Of a DNA stretch of 64,000 nt, positions 51,373-61,800 are shown one piece after another. Position 1 is the first letter of the stretch, and each line of letters begins with the position of its first letter. The notes beneath the pieces were generated by a model. That model did no database searches and was not told the origin of the DNA. It saw nothing but the letters and a program-made list of their open reading frames with translations. Source of the stretch: an uncultured Holophagales bacterium (GTDB lineage Bacteria > Acidobacteriota > Thermoanaerobaculia > Multivoradales > UBA5704); the NCBI GenBank assembly GCA_963842525.1, contig CAWJGT010000024.1, forward strand, positions 64,001 through 128,000. The letters are read 5' to 3'. The position numbers and the translations under genes were made by a program.

Positions 51373-51417
51373 CCGCTCAACCTTCCTCTGCGAACCGGGT
51401 ACTACTTCCTACACAGA

Positions 51418-51786
51418 GTGCTACGAGAGCCGGACGGGCCGGCGCGTCCGGGAGCACGTAGCAGACCACCGTCGGAGAAGAAATTGAGCACCGGCCAACT
51501 GAAGAGACCCCAAGAGGATGCTCTTCCTGTGAGGGAAGCTGACGAGCACCTCCCTCTCGACCTCTTGGAGGCTTACCATAAGAGTCGCATCCAAGACGAG
51601 CAGGAGAAAGACCGGATTCAGCAGCACTTCATCTCGTGCCAAGAGTGTCGGGACATGTTCCTTGAGTTTGTGGACTTCCTACTAGAAGCCGCCGAGGAGA
51701 CGCCGGACGAAGGACGTCTCTGGGACCTCGAAGTCATTGCGGCTTGGCAGGAATTGCGGGAGCGCTCAAGGAAAGAGTCCGACTAG
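51418..51786 (+). CDS. Short zf-HC2 anti-sigma-like protein
   Basis: EHLPLDLLEAYH...IQQHFISCQEC (H...HxxxCxxC). Confidence 0.7.
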   Translation: MLREPDGPARPGARSRPPSEKKLSTGQLKRPQEDALPVREADEHLPLDLLEAYHKSRIQDEQEKDRIQQHFISCQECRDMFLEFVDFLLEAAEETPDEGRLWDLEVIAAWQELRERSRKESD

Positions 51787-51817
51787 CTCAGGCCGTTCGG
51801 CAGTAGAATCCCTCTCC

Positions 51818-53647
51818 ATGCCGATCTTCCGAGCCTTCGCTCTTGTGGGAGCCGTTGTCGTCGCCGGCTCCCTCTCAATCCCGTCCGTCGTCCGCGCCGA
51901 CGATGCCTCCGATGTGGCCGCCGCCCGGGCGCTCTTCGAGCGCAATCTCCAGGCGATCCGGGACAAGGACCGGGACGCCTATCTTTCCTGCTATCTGGAG
52001 TCCGAGCGCCTGGTGCGCACGGGACCGGATGGGCCGGCGTTGGGCTACGCGGACCTCGCCGCCACGGCGGGCCAGGGGTGGCCCGACCACATCGAGGCGG
52101 ACGACATGCGGCTCACGCCGGTGCGGCCGGGGCTGGTCTACGGCACCTACCGCTACCGGGTGCGCTATGGCGCGCGGGAGGATGCTGGCCTGTCCGAACG
52201 CCTTTTCGTCGAGACGCCGAAGGGGTGGAAGATCGCGGTCAGCACCGCCTTTTCGGCCTTGCCGGGCGTGCCGCCTCCGCCCCGCGCCCTGGTGGGCGCC
52301 ACGCTGGTCGACGGCACCGGCGCCGCTCCTGTGCCGGACGCCGTGGTGCTCGTACGCGAGGGGAAGATCGAGTGCGCCGGAACGCGCTCAGCCTGCCCGG
52401 TCCCGGCCGGCGTCGCGGTGACCGACCTGCGCGAGGCCTGGATCACCCCGGGGCTGATCGATGCGCACGTCCACTTCTCCCAGACCGGTTGGGCTGACGG
52501 CCGGCCGGATGCGCTGGACGTACGCGAGCGGCATCCTTATGAGGAGGTCGTGGCCGACCTCCGGGCTCACCCGGAGCGCTTCGGCCGGTCCTATCTCTGC
52601 TCGGGCGTGACGGCGGTCTTCGACGTCGGCGGGTACCCCTGGACTCTCAGCCTGCCGGCCTGGGCCGAGCCCCTCTCCGAGGTCCCCCGGGTCGCGGCGG
52701 CGGGCCCCCTCCTCTCGACCCTCGACCACTGGGTCAACCTTCCGGCCGAGAGACAGTTCCTACACATCCCGGACGAGGCGGCGGCCGTCTCCGGTGTGCG
52801 CTACCTGGCCGATCAGGGCTCGGACGCGATCAAGGTCTGGTACATCGTGACGCCGCAACGGAGCGCGGAGGCCGCAGCCCCCGTGGTGCGCGCGGCCGGC
52901 GAGGAGGCGCGCAAGCGCAACCTGCCCCTGATCGTCCACGCGACCGGGCTCGCCGAGGCCAAGGAGGCGCTGCGGGCCGGCGCGAAGCTGCTGGTCCACA
53001 GCGTCGACGATCGTCCGGTCGACGACGAATTCCTCGACCTCGCCAAGCGGAGCGGCGCGGTCTACTGCCCGACCCTGACTGTTGTTCGGGGCTATCTCCG
53101 GATGTACGAGGCGAACCTGCGGAAGCAGGCACCCAGCGTGGACGACCCAAACCGGTGCGTGGACCCGCAGACCCTCCGGAAGGTCGCGGAGACGGCGGAT
53201 GTCCCGCCCGATCCTGAAGTCACCACCGAGAGGCTCGCCGCCATGGGGACGCGCACGGCCGGCCGGGAGCGGGTCGCCGCCGACAACCTGAAGCGGATCG
53301 CCGCGGCCGGCATCCCCATTGCCATGGGTACGGACGCCGGCAACCCCCTGACCCTGCACGGGCCCTCGGTCTATGCCGAGCTCGAAGCCATGCAGGAGGC
53401 CGGGCTCACCCCAGTGCAGGTCCTGGTGTCCGCCACCCGCGGCGGCGCTCAGGCCATGGGGCGGGAGAAGGAGATCGGCACGGTGGAGAAGGGCAAGCAG
53501 GCCGACCTCCTGGTGCTCGGCGCCGACCCCACGGCCAACGCCACGGCCTTCCGGCAGGTCCGCTACGTCCTGCGCGGCGGGGTCCTGCGCTCGCTCGCGG
53601 AGCTGTCGGCGCTGGCCACGGCGCCGGCGGATGCTCCCGGGGAGTGA
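51818..53647 (+). CDS. Exported amidohydrolase with N-terminal SnoaL/NTF2-like domain
   Basis: Signal peptide; PGLIDAHVH, IKVW, VHA, VHS, GTDAG and GKQADLLVL motifs. Confidence 0.88.
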   Translation: MPIFRAFALVGAVVVAGSLSIPSVVRADDASDVAAARALFERNLQAIRDKDRDAYLSCYLESERLVRTGPDGPALGYADLAATAGQGWPDHIEADDMRLTPVRPGLVYGTYRYRVRYGAREDAGLSERLFVETPKGWKIAVSTAFSALPGVPPPPRALVGATLVDGTGAAPVPDAVVLVREGKIECAGTRSACPVPAGVAVTDLREAWITPGLIDAHVHFSQTGWADGRPDALDVRERHPYEEVVADLRAHPERFGRSYLCSGVTAVFDVGGYPWTLSLPAWAEPLSEVPRVAAAGPLLSTLDHWVNLPAERQFLHIPDEAAAVSGVRYLADQGSDAIKVWYIVTPQRSAEAAAPVVRAAGEEARKRNLPLIVHATGLAEAKEALRAGAKLLVHSVDDRPVDDEFLDLAKRSGAVYCPTLTVVRGYLRMYEANLRKQAPSVDDPNRCVDPQTLRKVAETADVPPDPEVTTERLAAMGTRTAGRERVAADNLKRIAAAGIPIAMGTDAGNPLTLHGPSVYAELEAMQEAGLTPVQVLVSATRGGAQAMGREKEIGTVEKGKQADLLVLGADPTANATAFRQVRYVLRGGVLRSLAELSALATAPADAPGE

Positions 53648-53717
53648 GGGGAGTGAGAGGAGTGAGATCTTCCGGGTGCTATGATCGTGCCGGTTCCGAC
53701 ACTCGGCGACAACGACC

Positions 53718-54941
53718 ATGCGGGAAGAGACGAATGCTCGGGAAGCTCGCTGGCTTTCGGATGTCCAGATTGGACGATTCAAGGCCGCGTTCAAGCCGGC
53801 GCCCATCCGTCTGAGCCCCTTCAATGTCGTCATCGGCCGCAACGGAAGCGGAAAGAGCACGCTACTGGAAGCTCTGCAGTGGCTCGACACCACGATCCGC
53901 CGGGACGCCCGTGAGGCCAGCGACCGGTATTACGGCATTCCCGATCTGATCAACCTGCGTTCGCAGGCCGAGCTGCCCTACTTCGAGCTGAGCTTGACTT
54001 GGGAGGCTGAAGAGCCGGGAGCCCCTCCGGTGCGCTACCGGGTCAAGGTAGAACAGGAGGACAGCACACCTTTTATCGCGGAAGAAGAGCTCCACACTGT
54101 CGACAAGAGCGGGAGAGTCCGAGAGAGATACCTGACAACTCGGCAGCGCGGCGAGCGCACGCTTCTCGCTGGCGAGCGGCAAGAGAACGGCTGGGGCGAG
54201 ACGTTTCGCGACCCCGACCGGCTGGCCCTCGGCCGTCTCGGCTCGGCCGAGCTCGGCCAATTGGATCCGGCCCTGCGCTTCCTCGAGGGGTTCTGGGCGC
54301 GTGCCGTCTTCCTCCGTCTGAGCCCCAATCGGCTTGCCAACGGCTCGCTGGCGACCCGGAAATCTTTTGAGCCTCTGCTCGACGAAGAGGGGCAGACGCT
54401 GCCCGCTCTGCTCAACGAGCTTTCTCCGGAACAGAGGGATGACCTCGTCGAGGCCATCCAGGAAGTGCTCCCGGGGATTCGCGGCGTGCAGATCCTGCGT
54501 GCGGAGCTCGGGCGGGACGCCCGCGTCAATTACAGCCTCGAGGAGCAGATGCCCTACCGCGGCCGTTCCGGACGGAGCAAGTTCCCAATCCCGGCCTGGA
54601 TGCTGTCCGAGGGAACCCGGCGGATCACCGCAATCCTGGCCCTGCTCGCGCGCGACCCGGCGCCTTCACTCCTCTGCATCGAAGAGATCGAGAACGGTCT
54701 CGATCCCTGGACCGTGCGGGCCATCCTGCGCCACCTGCAATCGGCGGCCGATCGCGGCACGCAGGTGATCCTCACGACCCATTCTCCCTGGGTCCTGGAT
54801 GACGTGCCCATCGATTCGATCCTTCAGGTCCGGCGGATCGAGGGCGACACCCGCTATGAGCACTTCGCCTCCCGGCCCGAGATCCGCGCCTTCGACCCCT
54901 CGGTCCCGGCCGGAACTCGTTATATCCACGCGGAAGAGTGA
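53718..54941 (+). CDS. ABC-type ATPase (AAA_21/AAA_15-like)
   Basis: GRNGSGKST, LSEGTRR signature, IEEIENGLDP Walker B/D-loop, TTHSP. Confidence 0.88.
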   Translation: MREETNAREARWLSDVQIGRFKAAFKPAPIRLSPFNVVIGRNGSGKSTLLEALQWLDTTIRRDAREASDRYYGIPDLINLRSQAELPYFELSLTWEAEEPGAPPVRYRVKVEQEDSTPFIAEEELHTVDKSGRVRERYLTTRQRGERTLLAGERQENGWGETFRDPDRLALGRLGSAELGQLDPALRFLEGFWARAVFLRLSPNRLANGSLATRKSFEPLLDEEGQTLPALLNELSPEQRDDLVEAIQEVLPGIRGVQILRAELGRDARVNYSLEEQMPYRGRSGRSKFPIPAWMLSEGTRRITAILALLARDPAPSLLCIEEIENGLDPWTVRAILRHLQSAADRGTQVILTTHSPWVLDDVPIDSILQVRRIEGDTRYEHFASRPEIRAFDPSVPAGTRYIHAEE

Positions 54942-55777
54942 TGCCCGGCCTGCGCGTCGCTCTCTTCGTCGAGGGCAGCACGGCTCCTCCGACTGCGCGC
55001 GGGAGAGAGGCCCTCGAGCAGATCTGGAACCAACATCTCGGCCGGGCTTTGGGCCTCCAGCCGTTCGCCCCCATCGTCCCCATCGGCAAGACACACCTCG
55101 TTGCCATGGATCCGCGACGCCCGCCGATGAGCGGGGCCGGTGAGCGGCTCGATCAGCTCATGGCCCGCGTTTTGACCACACGGCCGTTCGATGCGGCCGT
55201 GGTCGCCTGGGATCTCGTCCCGGCATGGAATCCCCAGGGTGAGTTCTGCCGGTGGAACGAGACGGTGGATCTGTACCGCTTTCTGGCGGAGTCCGACTGC
55301 CTGCCGGCCGCCTGGAAGGAAAAGGCCCGCCGGAGGTTCGAAGATCTGTCCCGGAGGCACTCTCCAGCGTCCCGGAGCGGGCCGCCGGCCCTGGAGCCCG
55401 GCATGGTGCTGCCACTCTGCATGGAGCCGATGTTCGAAACCCTGCTGGTCCAGGATGAAGCTGCCGCCAGGAGAGCCCTGGGGGTGAGCGGCCGGGCGAT
55501 CCACGGCTGGCCCCGCCAGGGTTGGGGCGATCCTCAGGAACGCCATCCGGACGACCGTGTGCTCGCGCCGGCCATCCGGTCCCTCCAACGGCTCCGCCCG
55601 AGACCCAGGATCTTGGGCACGGTACGCGGAGACATGCGCACCAACAAGGACGGCTGGGGCGAATACCTCTTACGGCAGATGCTCGGGGACGAGCGCGCCC
55701 GCCCGCTCATTCTCTCCCATGCTCTGAGCCGGAGGCTGTCCGAAGCACGATCGAGGGCTGGATCGCAGGCTAATTGA
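54938..55777 (+). CDS. Putative TOPRIM-fold (DUF4276-like) partner of the ATPase
   Basis: N-terminal LFVEG, later VVAWD and MFETLL; GTGA overlap with the ATPase. Confidence 0.55.
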   Translation: MMPGLRVALFVEGSTAPPTARGREALEQIWNQHLGRALGLQPFAPIVPIGKTHLVAMDPRRPPMSGAGERLDQLMARVLTTRPFDAAVVAWDLVPAWNPQGEFCRWNETVDLYRFLAESDCLPAAWKEKARRRFEDLSRRHSPASRSGPPALEPGMVLPLCMEPMFETLLVQDEAAARRALGVSGRAIHGWPRQGWGDPQERHPDDRVLAPAIRSLQRLRPRPRILGTVRGDMRTNKDGWGEYLLRQMLGDERARPLILSHALSRRLSEARSRAGSQAN

Positions 55778-56552
55778 CCCACGGTCCCTTGCGCCGGTCC
55801 TTGTCGCCGGGGATGACCCGCAGGTTCCGCTTGCGCTTCGCGCGGTCGAGCTTGCGGGCGATCCACCAGCGCTGGAGCCGCAGCCGCACCTCCCGCAGGC
55901 CGCGCCGGCCGGCGCCGTAGGCGATGTAGGCGTAGGTGATGCCCACCGCGGCACAGATCCCCAGGAACCCCGCGAGGTCGTGGGTCTGGAGGAAGCCGAT
56001 AAAGGCGAAGAGGATCTCGATCGCCAGGAACCAGCGGGCTTCGATCGGCAGGATGAAGAAGAGGAGGATCGTCGCCCGTCGGTTGGCGGTCGCGAACGCG
56101 GCCACGACGATCGCCGTCAGGATCCGCTGGCCCTGCATGAGGCCGAAGGGGGCTGGGCCGACAAGCCCGCCCGCCAGGGTGGCCAGGACGTTCACCACCA
56201 CGGCGACCAGGGCCGCCGCGATCGCGGCCGTCATGGTCAGCCGCCAGAAGTGCCGCCGCCCCATCCCCGCGTAGACGTCCCGTCCGAACCAGAAGAGGAT
56301 CAGGAGCTCCAGCAGGAACCAGATGCTGGGGCCGCCATAGCCGATGAATGGATAGGTGGCGAGCTGCCAGATGAACCCCCGCTGCCAGACCAGCGGGGTC
56401 AGGCGGAGCAGGGCGGGGACGATCGACGTCGTTTCGAAGAACTGGAGCGAGAAGGTGGCGAACACCACCCCGAGGAGGATCAGGAGGTCCCGGGGGACCG
56501 GGCCCCCGCCGAATCCGCCGAGGGTGGCGCGCTGGGTCTGGCGGGTGTACAT
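55770..56552 (-). CDS. Rhomboid-superfamily membrane protein, apparently lacking the catalytic GxSG
   Basis: L.P..VW..G.IWQLATYPF, LFWFG, ILLFFILPI.A.W, basic C-terminal tail. Confidence 0.7.
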   Translation of the reverse strand: MYTRQTQRATLGGFGGGPVPRDLLILLGVVFATFSLQFFETTSIVPALLRLTPLVWQRGFIWQLATYPFIGYGGPSIWFLLELLILFWFGRDVYAGMGRRHFWRLTMTAAIAAALVAVVVNVLATLAGGLVGPAPFGLMQGQRILTAIVVAAFATANRRATILLFFILPIEARWFLAIEILFAFIGFLQTHDLAGFLGICAAVGITYAYIAYGAGRRGLREVRLRLQRWWIARKLDRAKRKRNLRVIPGDKDRRKGPWVN

Positions 56553-56581
56553 GAGGACAGTCTACAAGGTCGCCGTCCCCA

Positions 56582-57866
56582 TCACGCGTAGCGCATCCAC
56601 TTCCAGATCTCCTGGATCGTCGGCTTCTTGCCATACATGAGGATGCCGATCCGGTAGACGCGCGCGCAGGCCCACACCATCATCCAGGTGAAACCGATCG
56701 TCAGCGCGTAGCCGAGCAGAAGCTGCCACAGCGGCGGCATGTCCAGGGCGATCCGCAGCGACATCAGCAGCGGCGTGAAGAGCGGGATCAGGGACAAGGT
56801 CACGGCCAGGGTGGAGTTGGGATCGTTGATGAACTGGTTGATGAAGAAGAACGGAATGACCACGATCATGACCGCGACCCCCGCCACCTGCTGCGCCTCC
56901 TGGATGTTGTTGAAGGCGGCGCCGATCGCCGCGTAGATCGTCGAGAAGGAGAAGAAGCCGAGGATGAACAGGAGCACGAAGTGGACCAGGATCACGGGCG
57001 AGATCGAGGGGATGCCGCCCTTGGGGAGGAACGCCAGCGAGCCGGCGATCCCCGGGGCGGAGATCAAGAACATGGTGGTGAGCCAGATCGTGAGCTGGGT
57101 GAGCCCCACCAGGCAGATGCCGGAGAGCTTTCCCAGCATCAGCTCGAACGGCTTGATCGACGAGACCACGATCTCGACGACCCGCGAGCTCTTTTCCTCC
57201 AGGACCCCGTGCATCACCTGCTGGCCCCAGATGACGATCGACATGTAGAGCATCAGGAACAGGCCGAAGGCGATGAGCATCCCCATCAGCCCTCCCTCGG
57301 CGCGGCTCCCCTCCTTGGAGACCTTGACCGTCTCGAGCTCGACCTGCTCGCTCAGCTTGCCGACCCGCTCGGGGTCGAGGCCCGCCTGCTGGAGGCGGGT
57401 CCGGCGCACCAGCGAAGTGATGTCGTCCCGCAGGTTCTCCTGGGTGACGAAGTTCGAACACGCTGCGGGCGTGGTACTCGACCGGCTCGCCGGTGAGCGT
57501 GCCTTTGGGGATCCAGACCCAGGCATCGATGACACCATTGAGCACCTGCTTATCGAGGGCGGCCCTCTGCGCCTTCCGGTCGGCGTGCGCCGCCTCGGCC
57601 CGGATCCGGAAGTTGGCGACCTTGTCGAAATCGCCTTTTTTGACGCGCTTGACCCGTCCGGCCGCGAGGTCCGGGGCCACCTGCCCCGTTTCGTCGACCA
57701 CGATGATGTCCTGGGAGGTCCGCGACTTGGCGAGGAGCAGGGTCGGCAGGATGATCGAGCCCGAGATGAAGAGCGGCAGGACCAGCGTGCCGATCCAGAA
57801 CCCCTTGCTCTTGATGCGTTGCAGGTACTCGCGCTTGGCCACGACGACGACGTTTTCAGGCCGCAT
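56582..57866 (-). CDS. ABC-2 exporter permease (NatB/YhaP-like); frameshift near 57455
   Basis: VAKREY, EEKSSRVVEI, LMLGK, SLIPLFTP; ORFs 56562..57866 and 56582..57538 join. Confidence 0.85.
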
Positions 57867-58758
57867 CCCGCACCGCCTTCAGGAAGATCTGCTCGAGCTC
57901 CGGCTCTTCGGAGCGGAATTCGTGGACGCGCAGGAACTGGACCATCTCCCGCAGGACGTCGGAGCCTTGGGCCTCGGGCTGCAGGAGGATCTTCACCACG
58001 CCGTTCTGGGCCACCACCTGCTCCACGCCGGGGACCTGATGGAGCCGGTCGACGTCCCCGTCGGCGACGAGGCGGTAGCTGTTACCGCCGAGCCGGCGCT
58101 TGATCTCGCGCAGCTCGCCGTCGATCAAGGTCTTGCCGTGGGAGATCAGGCAGATGTGGTCGCACATCCGCTCGGCGAGCTCCATGCCGTGGGTGGAGAG
58201 GACGACGCTCTTGCCCTGGGCGCGGTATTCGCCGAGCAGCTCGCGGAACAGCTCCTGGTTGAGCGGATCGAGGCCGGAGAAAGGCTCGTCGAGGATCAGC
58301 AGGTCCGGCTTGTGGAGGATCGTGCCGATGAGCTGGATCTTCTGCTGCATGCCCTTGGACAGCTCCTCGACCTTGGCCTTGGACCACCGGGCGAGGTCGA
58401 CCCTTTCGAGCCAGCCGTGGATCTCGGGGAGGATCTCGCGGCGCTTGAGGCCGCGGATCTCGGCCAGGAAGACGAGCTGGTCGAGAACCGTCATCTTGCG
58501 ATAGAGGCCGCGCTCCTCGGGCAGGTAGCCGACGCGGCGCAGGTCCTCGGGCCGGCGCTCGTAGCCGAACAGGAAGACCTGCCCGGCGTCGGGAGCGAGG
58601 ATATCCATGATCATGCGGATGGTCGTGGTCTTGCCGGAGCCGTTCGGGCCGAGGAGCCCGAAGATGCTCCCCGGCGGCACGGTCATCGAGACCCCGTCCA
58701 CCGCCACGAATTTGCCGTAGCTCTTGCGCACGTCGCGCAACTCGAGATTGGGTGTCAT
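57856..58758 (-). CDS. ABC transporter ATP-binding protein (NatA/YhaQ-like)
   Basis: GPNGSGKTT, GYLPEERGLY, LSKGMQQK, ILDEPFSGLDP. Confidence 0.92.
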   Translation of the reverse strand: MTPNLELRDVRKSYGKFVAVDGVSMTVPPGSIFGLLGPNGSGKTTTIRMIMDILAPDAGQVFLFGYERRPEDLRRVGYLPEERGLYRKMTVLDQLVFLAEIRGLKRREILPEIHGWLERVDLARWSKAKVEELSKGMQQKIQLIGTILHKPDLLILDEPFSGLDPLNQELFRELLGEYRAQGKSVVLSTHGMELAERMCDHICLISHGKTLIDGELREIKRRLGGNSYRLVADGDVDRLHQVPGVEQVVAQNGVVKILLQPEAQGSDVLREMVQFLRVHEFRSEEPELEQIFLKAVRDAA

Positions 58759-58870
58759 GAGGTGCATCCTATCCCGCCGGGAGATTCCGGGGGGTCCGTC
58801 CTGATGTACGGAGGGAGTTTGCCGCGACCGGGTTGGCGGCCGGCCGCGGCGGGTTGGGAAGAGAGTCGCC

Positions 58871-61800
58871 TTACCGGACTTCCTGGATCTCCAGCGGCTG
58901 GTAGACCGGCAGGAGCTGGATGTCCTGTTGCTGGACTTTGGCGCGGAAGGCGGCCACGTCCTCGGCGAAGAGGCGATTCAGGTCGGCCACCGCTTGCCGG
59001 GTATCCTTCTCGGCCCGCTCGAGGTAGGCGAGCTGGGCCGGGGTCGGCGTATCCCAGGACGAGCCGAGGGCGCGGGCGGCGTAGGTCACCTTGGACTCGG
59101 CGTCGGTCTCCGCCACGATGCCCTTGGTGTCGTCCGGCTGCCAGAGCCGCCGCTCGGCCTTGTCGAGCTTCTGGAGGAGCTGGCGGGCCGCGGTGAGGAC
59201 CTCCTTGCGGGCCGGGTCCTCCTGTCCGCCGGTGCGCTTCGCCTCCTCGTCCCGCTTGCGGAGCTGGGCGGTGATGGCGTTCACGTCCGACCGCGTCCGC
59301 TGGATGCGCTCGACCGAGTCGGCCAGGGCTTCGGAGAGCTTGGCGGCGCGCTGGAGCGCCTGGAAGTTGGCCTGCCGCCCCGGGATTTCCCGCGCATAGC
59401 GGGAGTCGGCGTCGACCTTGACCTTGCCCTCGGCCTTGTGGTCGCCGAAGGTCAGCCGCACGGTGTAGGTGCCGGGCAGGACCTCGGCGCCGCGTCCGCG
59501 CCGGAACGGGTTCTCCTCCTGGTCGCCGGCGCGCTGGATCCGCCGCGGCGCATCCCGCCGCAGGTCCCAGACCGCCCGGTTGAGGCCGAGCTTGGGCGTG
59601 TGCTCGAAGGTGCGGATCACCTGGCCCGCGTCGTCCAGGATCTCGATCTTGACCTTCGGGCCTCCCCCTCGGCCACCGCGACCGCCCCGGCCCTCTTCTT
59701 CCTCGGCGGGCTCGGCGGCCTTGAGCTCGGGGGTGTCCTGGGCCAGCGGCTTGCCCCCCTGGGCGGACGCGGCCTGCGGCGCTCCGGCGGTTGGGGCCTG
59801 GCCCCGCGTGCTTCCGGCCTTTTCGGCCCGCTCCGCCTCCTTGCGCTCCCGCTCCCTCACATCGTCCGGATGCGGCACGCCCGGGGCCTTGATCGAGTAG
59901 TGGAGGAAGGCGCCGTAGGGGCGGGTCTCACCGCGGAACTCGGTGTCGCCGGGGAAGCGCGCGCCGGCGCCCTGCCCCTGCCGGTACTGCCGGGCTTCGG
60001 AGATGTCGAACAGATGGAGTGGCTTCTTCTGGACCTCCTCGGTCAGGGTGCGCAGCGGCCGGATGTCGTCCAGCACGTAGAAGGCCCGGCCGTGAGTCGC
60101 CAGCACCAGGTCGTGGTCCCGAGGATGGATCACCATGTCCATCACCGAGACCGTGGGCACGCCGTGCGTCCACTTCATCCAGCTCTTGCCGCCGTCGAGC
60201 GACACCCAGAGGCCGAACTCGGTGCCCAGGAAGAGGAGGTCGCGGTCGACCGGGTCCTGGGCGATGGACAAGGCATAGCCTCGGAGGTCTCCCCGGCGGT
60301 CATCGGCAAGGCTCGTCCAACTCGCGCCGTAGTCGGTGGTCTTGTAGACGTAGGGCGTCCAGTCCGAGCGCCGGTGGTTGTCGAAGACCACGAAGGCGGT
60401 GCCGGCGTCGTGCGGCGAGGGCGTGACGTGCGGGATCCAGGTATTGGCCGGCACGCCGCGCACGTTTTTCTCGACGCTCGTCCAGGTCTTGCCGCCATCG
60501 CGGGTGACGTGCAGGCGGCCGTCGTCGGTGCCTACCCAGAGTACCCCCTGCTGCATCGGGCTCGGCGCAATCGCAATGATGGTCGTGAAGTTCTCGGCGC
60601 CGGAGACGTCCGGCGTCAGGCCGCCGCTCTCCGCCTGCTTCTGCCACTCCGGGTTGTCGCTCGTGAGGTCCGGGCTGAGGACCGTCCAGGTGTCGCCGCG
60701 GTCGGTCGACTTGTGGAGGTATTGGCTGCCGAAGTAGATCGTGTCGGGCGCGAACGGATCGATGGCGAAGCCCGCGTTCCAGTTGAAGCGGAGGTCCCCC
60801 TCGCCCTCGGGCGGAGCGGGCCGGATGTCCTTGCGCTCGCCGGTGCGCAGGTCCCAGCGCAGGAGGAAACCCTCCTGGCTCATGGCATATCCCTTCATCG
60901 GGTCGCGCGGGTCGGGCGCGGTGTCGAAGCCGTCGCCGAAGCCCACCTCGTTCCAGTCGGCGTTGCGGATGGCGTTGCCGTCCCAGACGTTGCTGGGGCC
61001 TTTCCAGGAGCCGTTGTCCTGCATGCCGCCGTAGACGTTGTACGGCGTCTCGTTGTCCACGCGCACGTGGTAGAACTGGCCCACCGGCAGGTTGCCCACG
61101 AAGAGCCAGGTTTTTCCCCGGTCGAGGCTGATGGACACGCCGCCGTCGTTGCCCTCGAGGATGCGGTCCGGGTCTTTTGGATCGATCCACATGGCGTGAT
61201 GGTCGGGGTGGACCCTGTTGAAGCCGCCGAGCGAGTCGAAGGTCTTGCCGGCGTCCGTCGAGACGTCCAGGGTGGAGCCCAGACGGTAGATCCGGTTGGG
61301 GTCCGCGGGGTCGACCCTCAGGTCGGCGTAGTAGAACGGGCGGGGGTTGACGTCGGCCTCGGTGTTGACCGACTTCCAGGTGCGCCCGCCGTCGTCGGAG
61401 CGGCCGAGAGCGCTCTTCTCCGCCTCCACCAGGGCGTAGACGATGCGCGAATCGGACGGGGCGAAGGCGACGCCGATGCGGCCCAGGATGCCCTTGGGCA
61501 GGCCGTCGTCCTCGGTCTGCCGCGTCCAGGAGTCGCCGCCGTCATAGCTGACGTGAAGGCCCGAGCCCGGGCCGCCGGAACGGAAGGACCAGGGCCAGCG
61601 CCGGTAGTCCCACATCGCCGCGAAGAGCTTGTTGGGGTTGGCGGGATCGAGAACCAGGTCGGCGGCGCCGGTGCGCTCGTCGACGTAGAGGACGCGCTTC
61701 CAGGTCTTGCCGCCGTCGTCGGTCTTGTAGACGCCGCGCTCGGGGTTCTCCCCCCAGGCCCGGCCCATCGCCGCGGCCCAGGCCACCTGCGGGTTCGACG

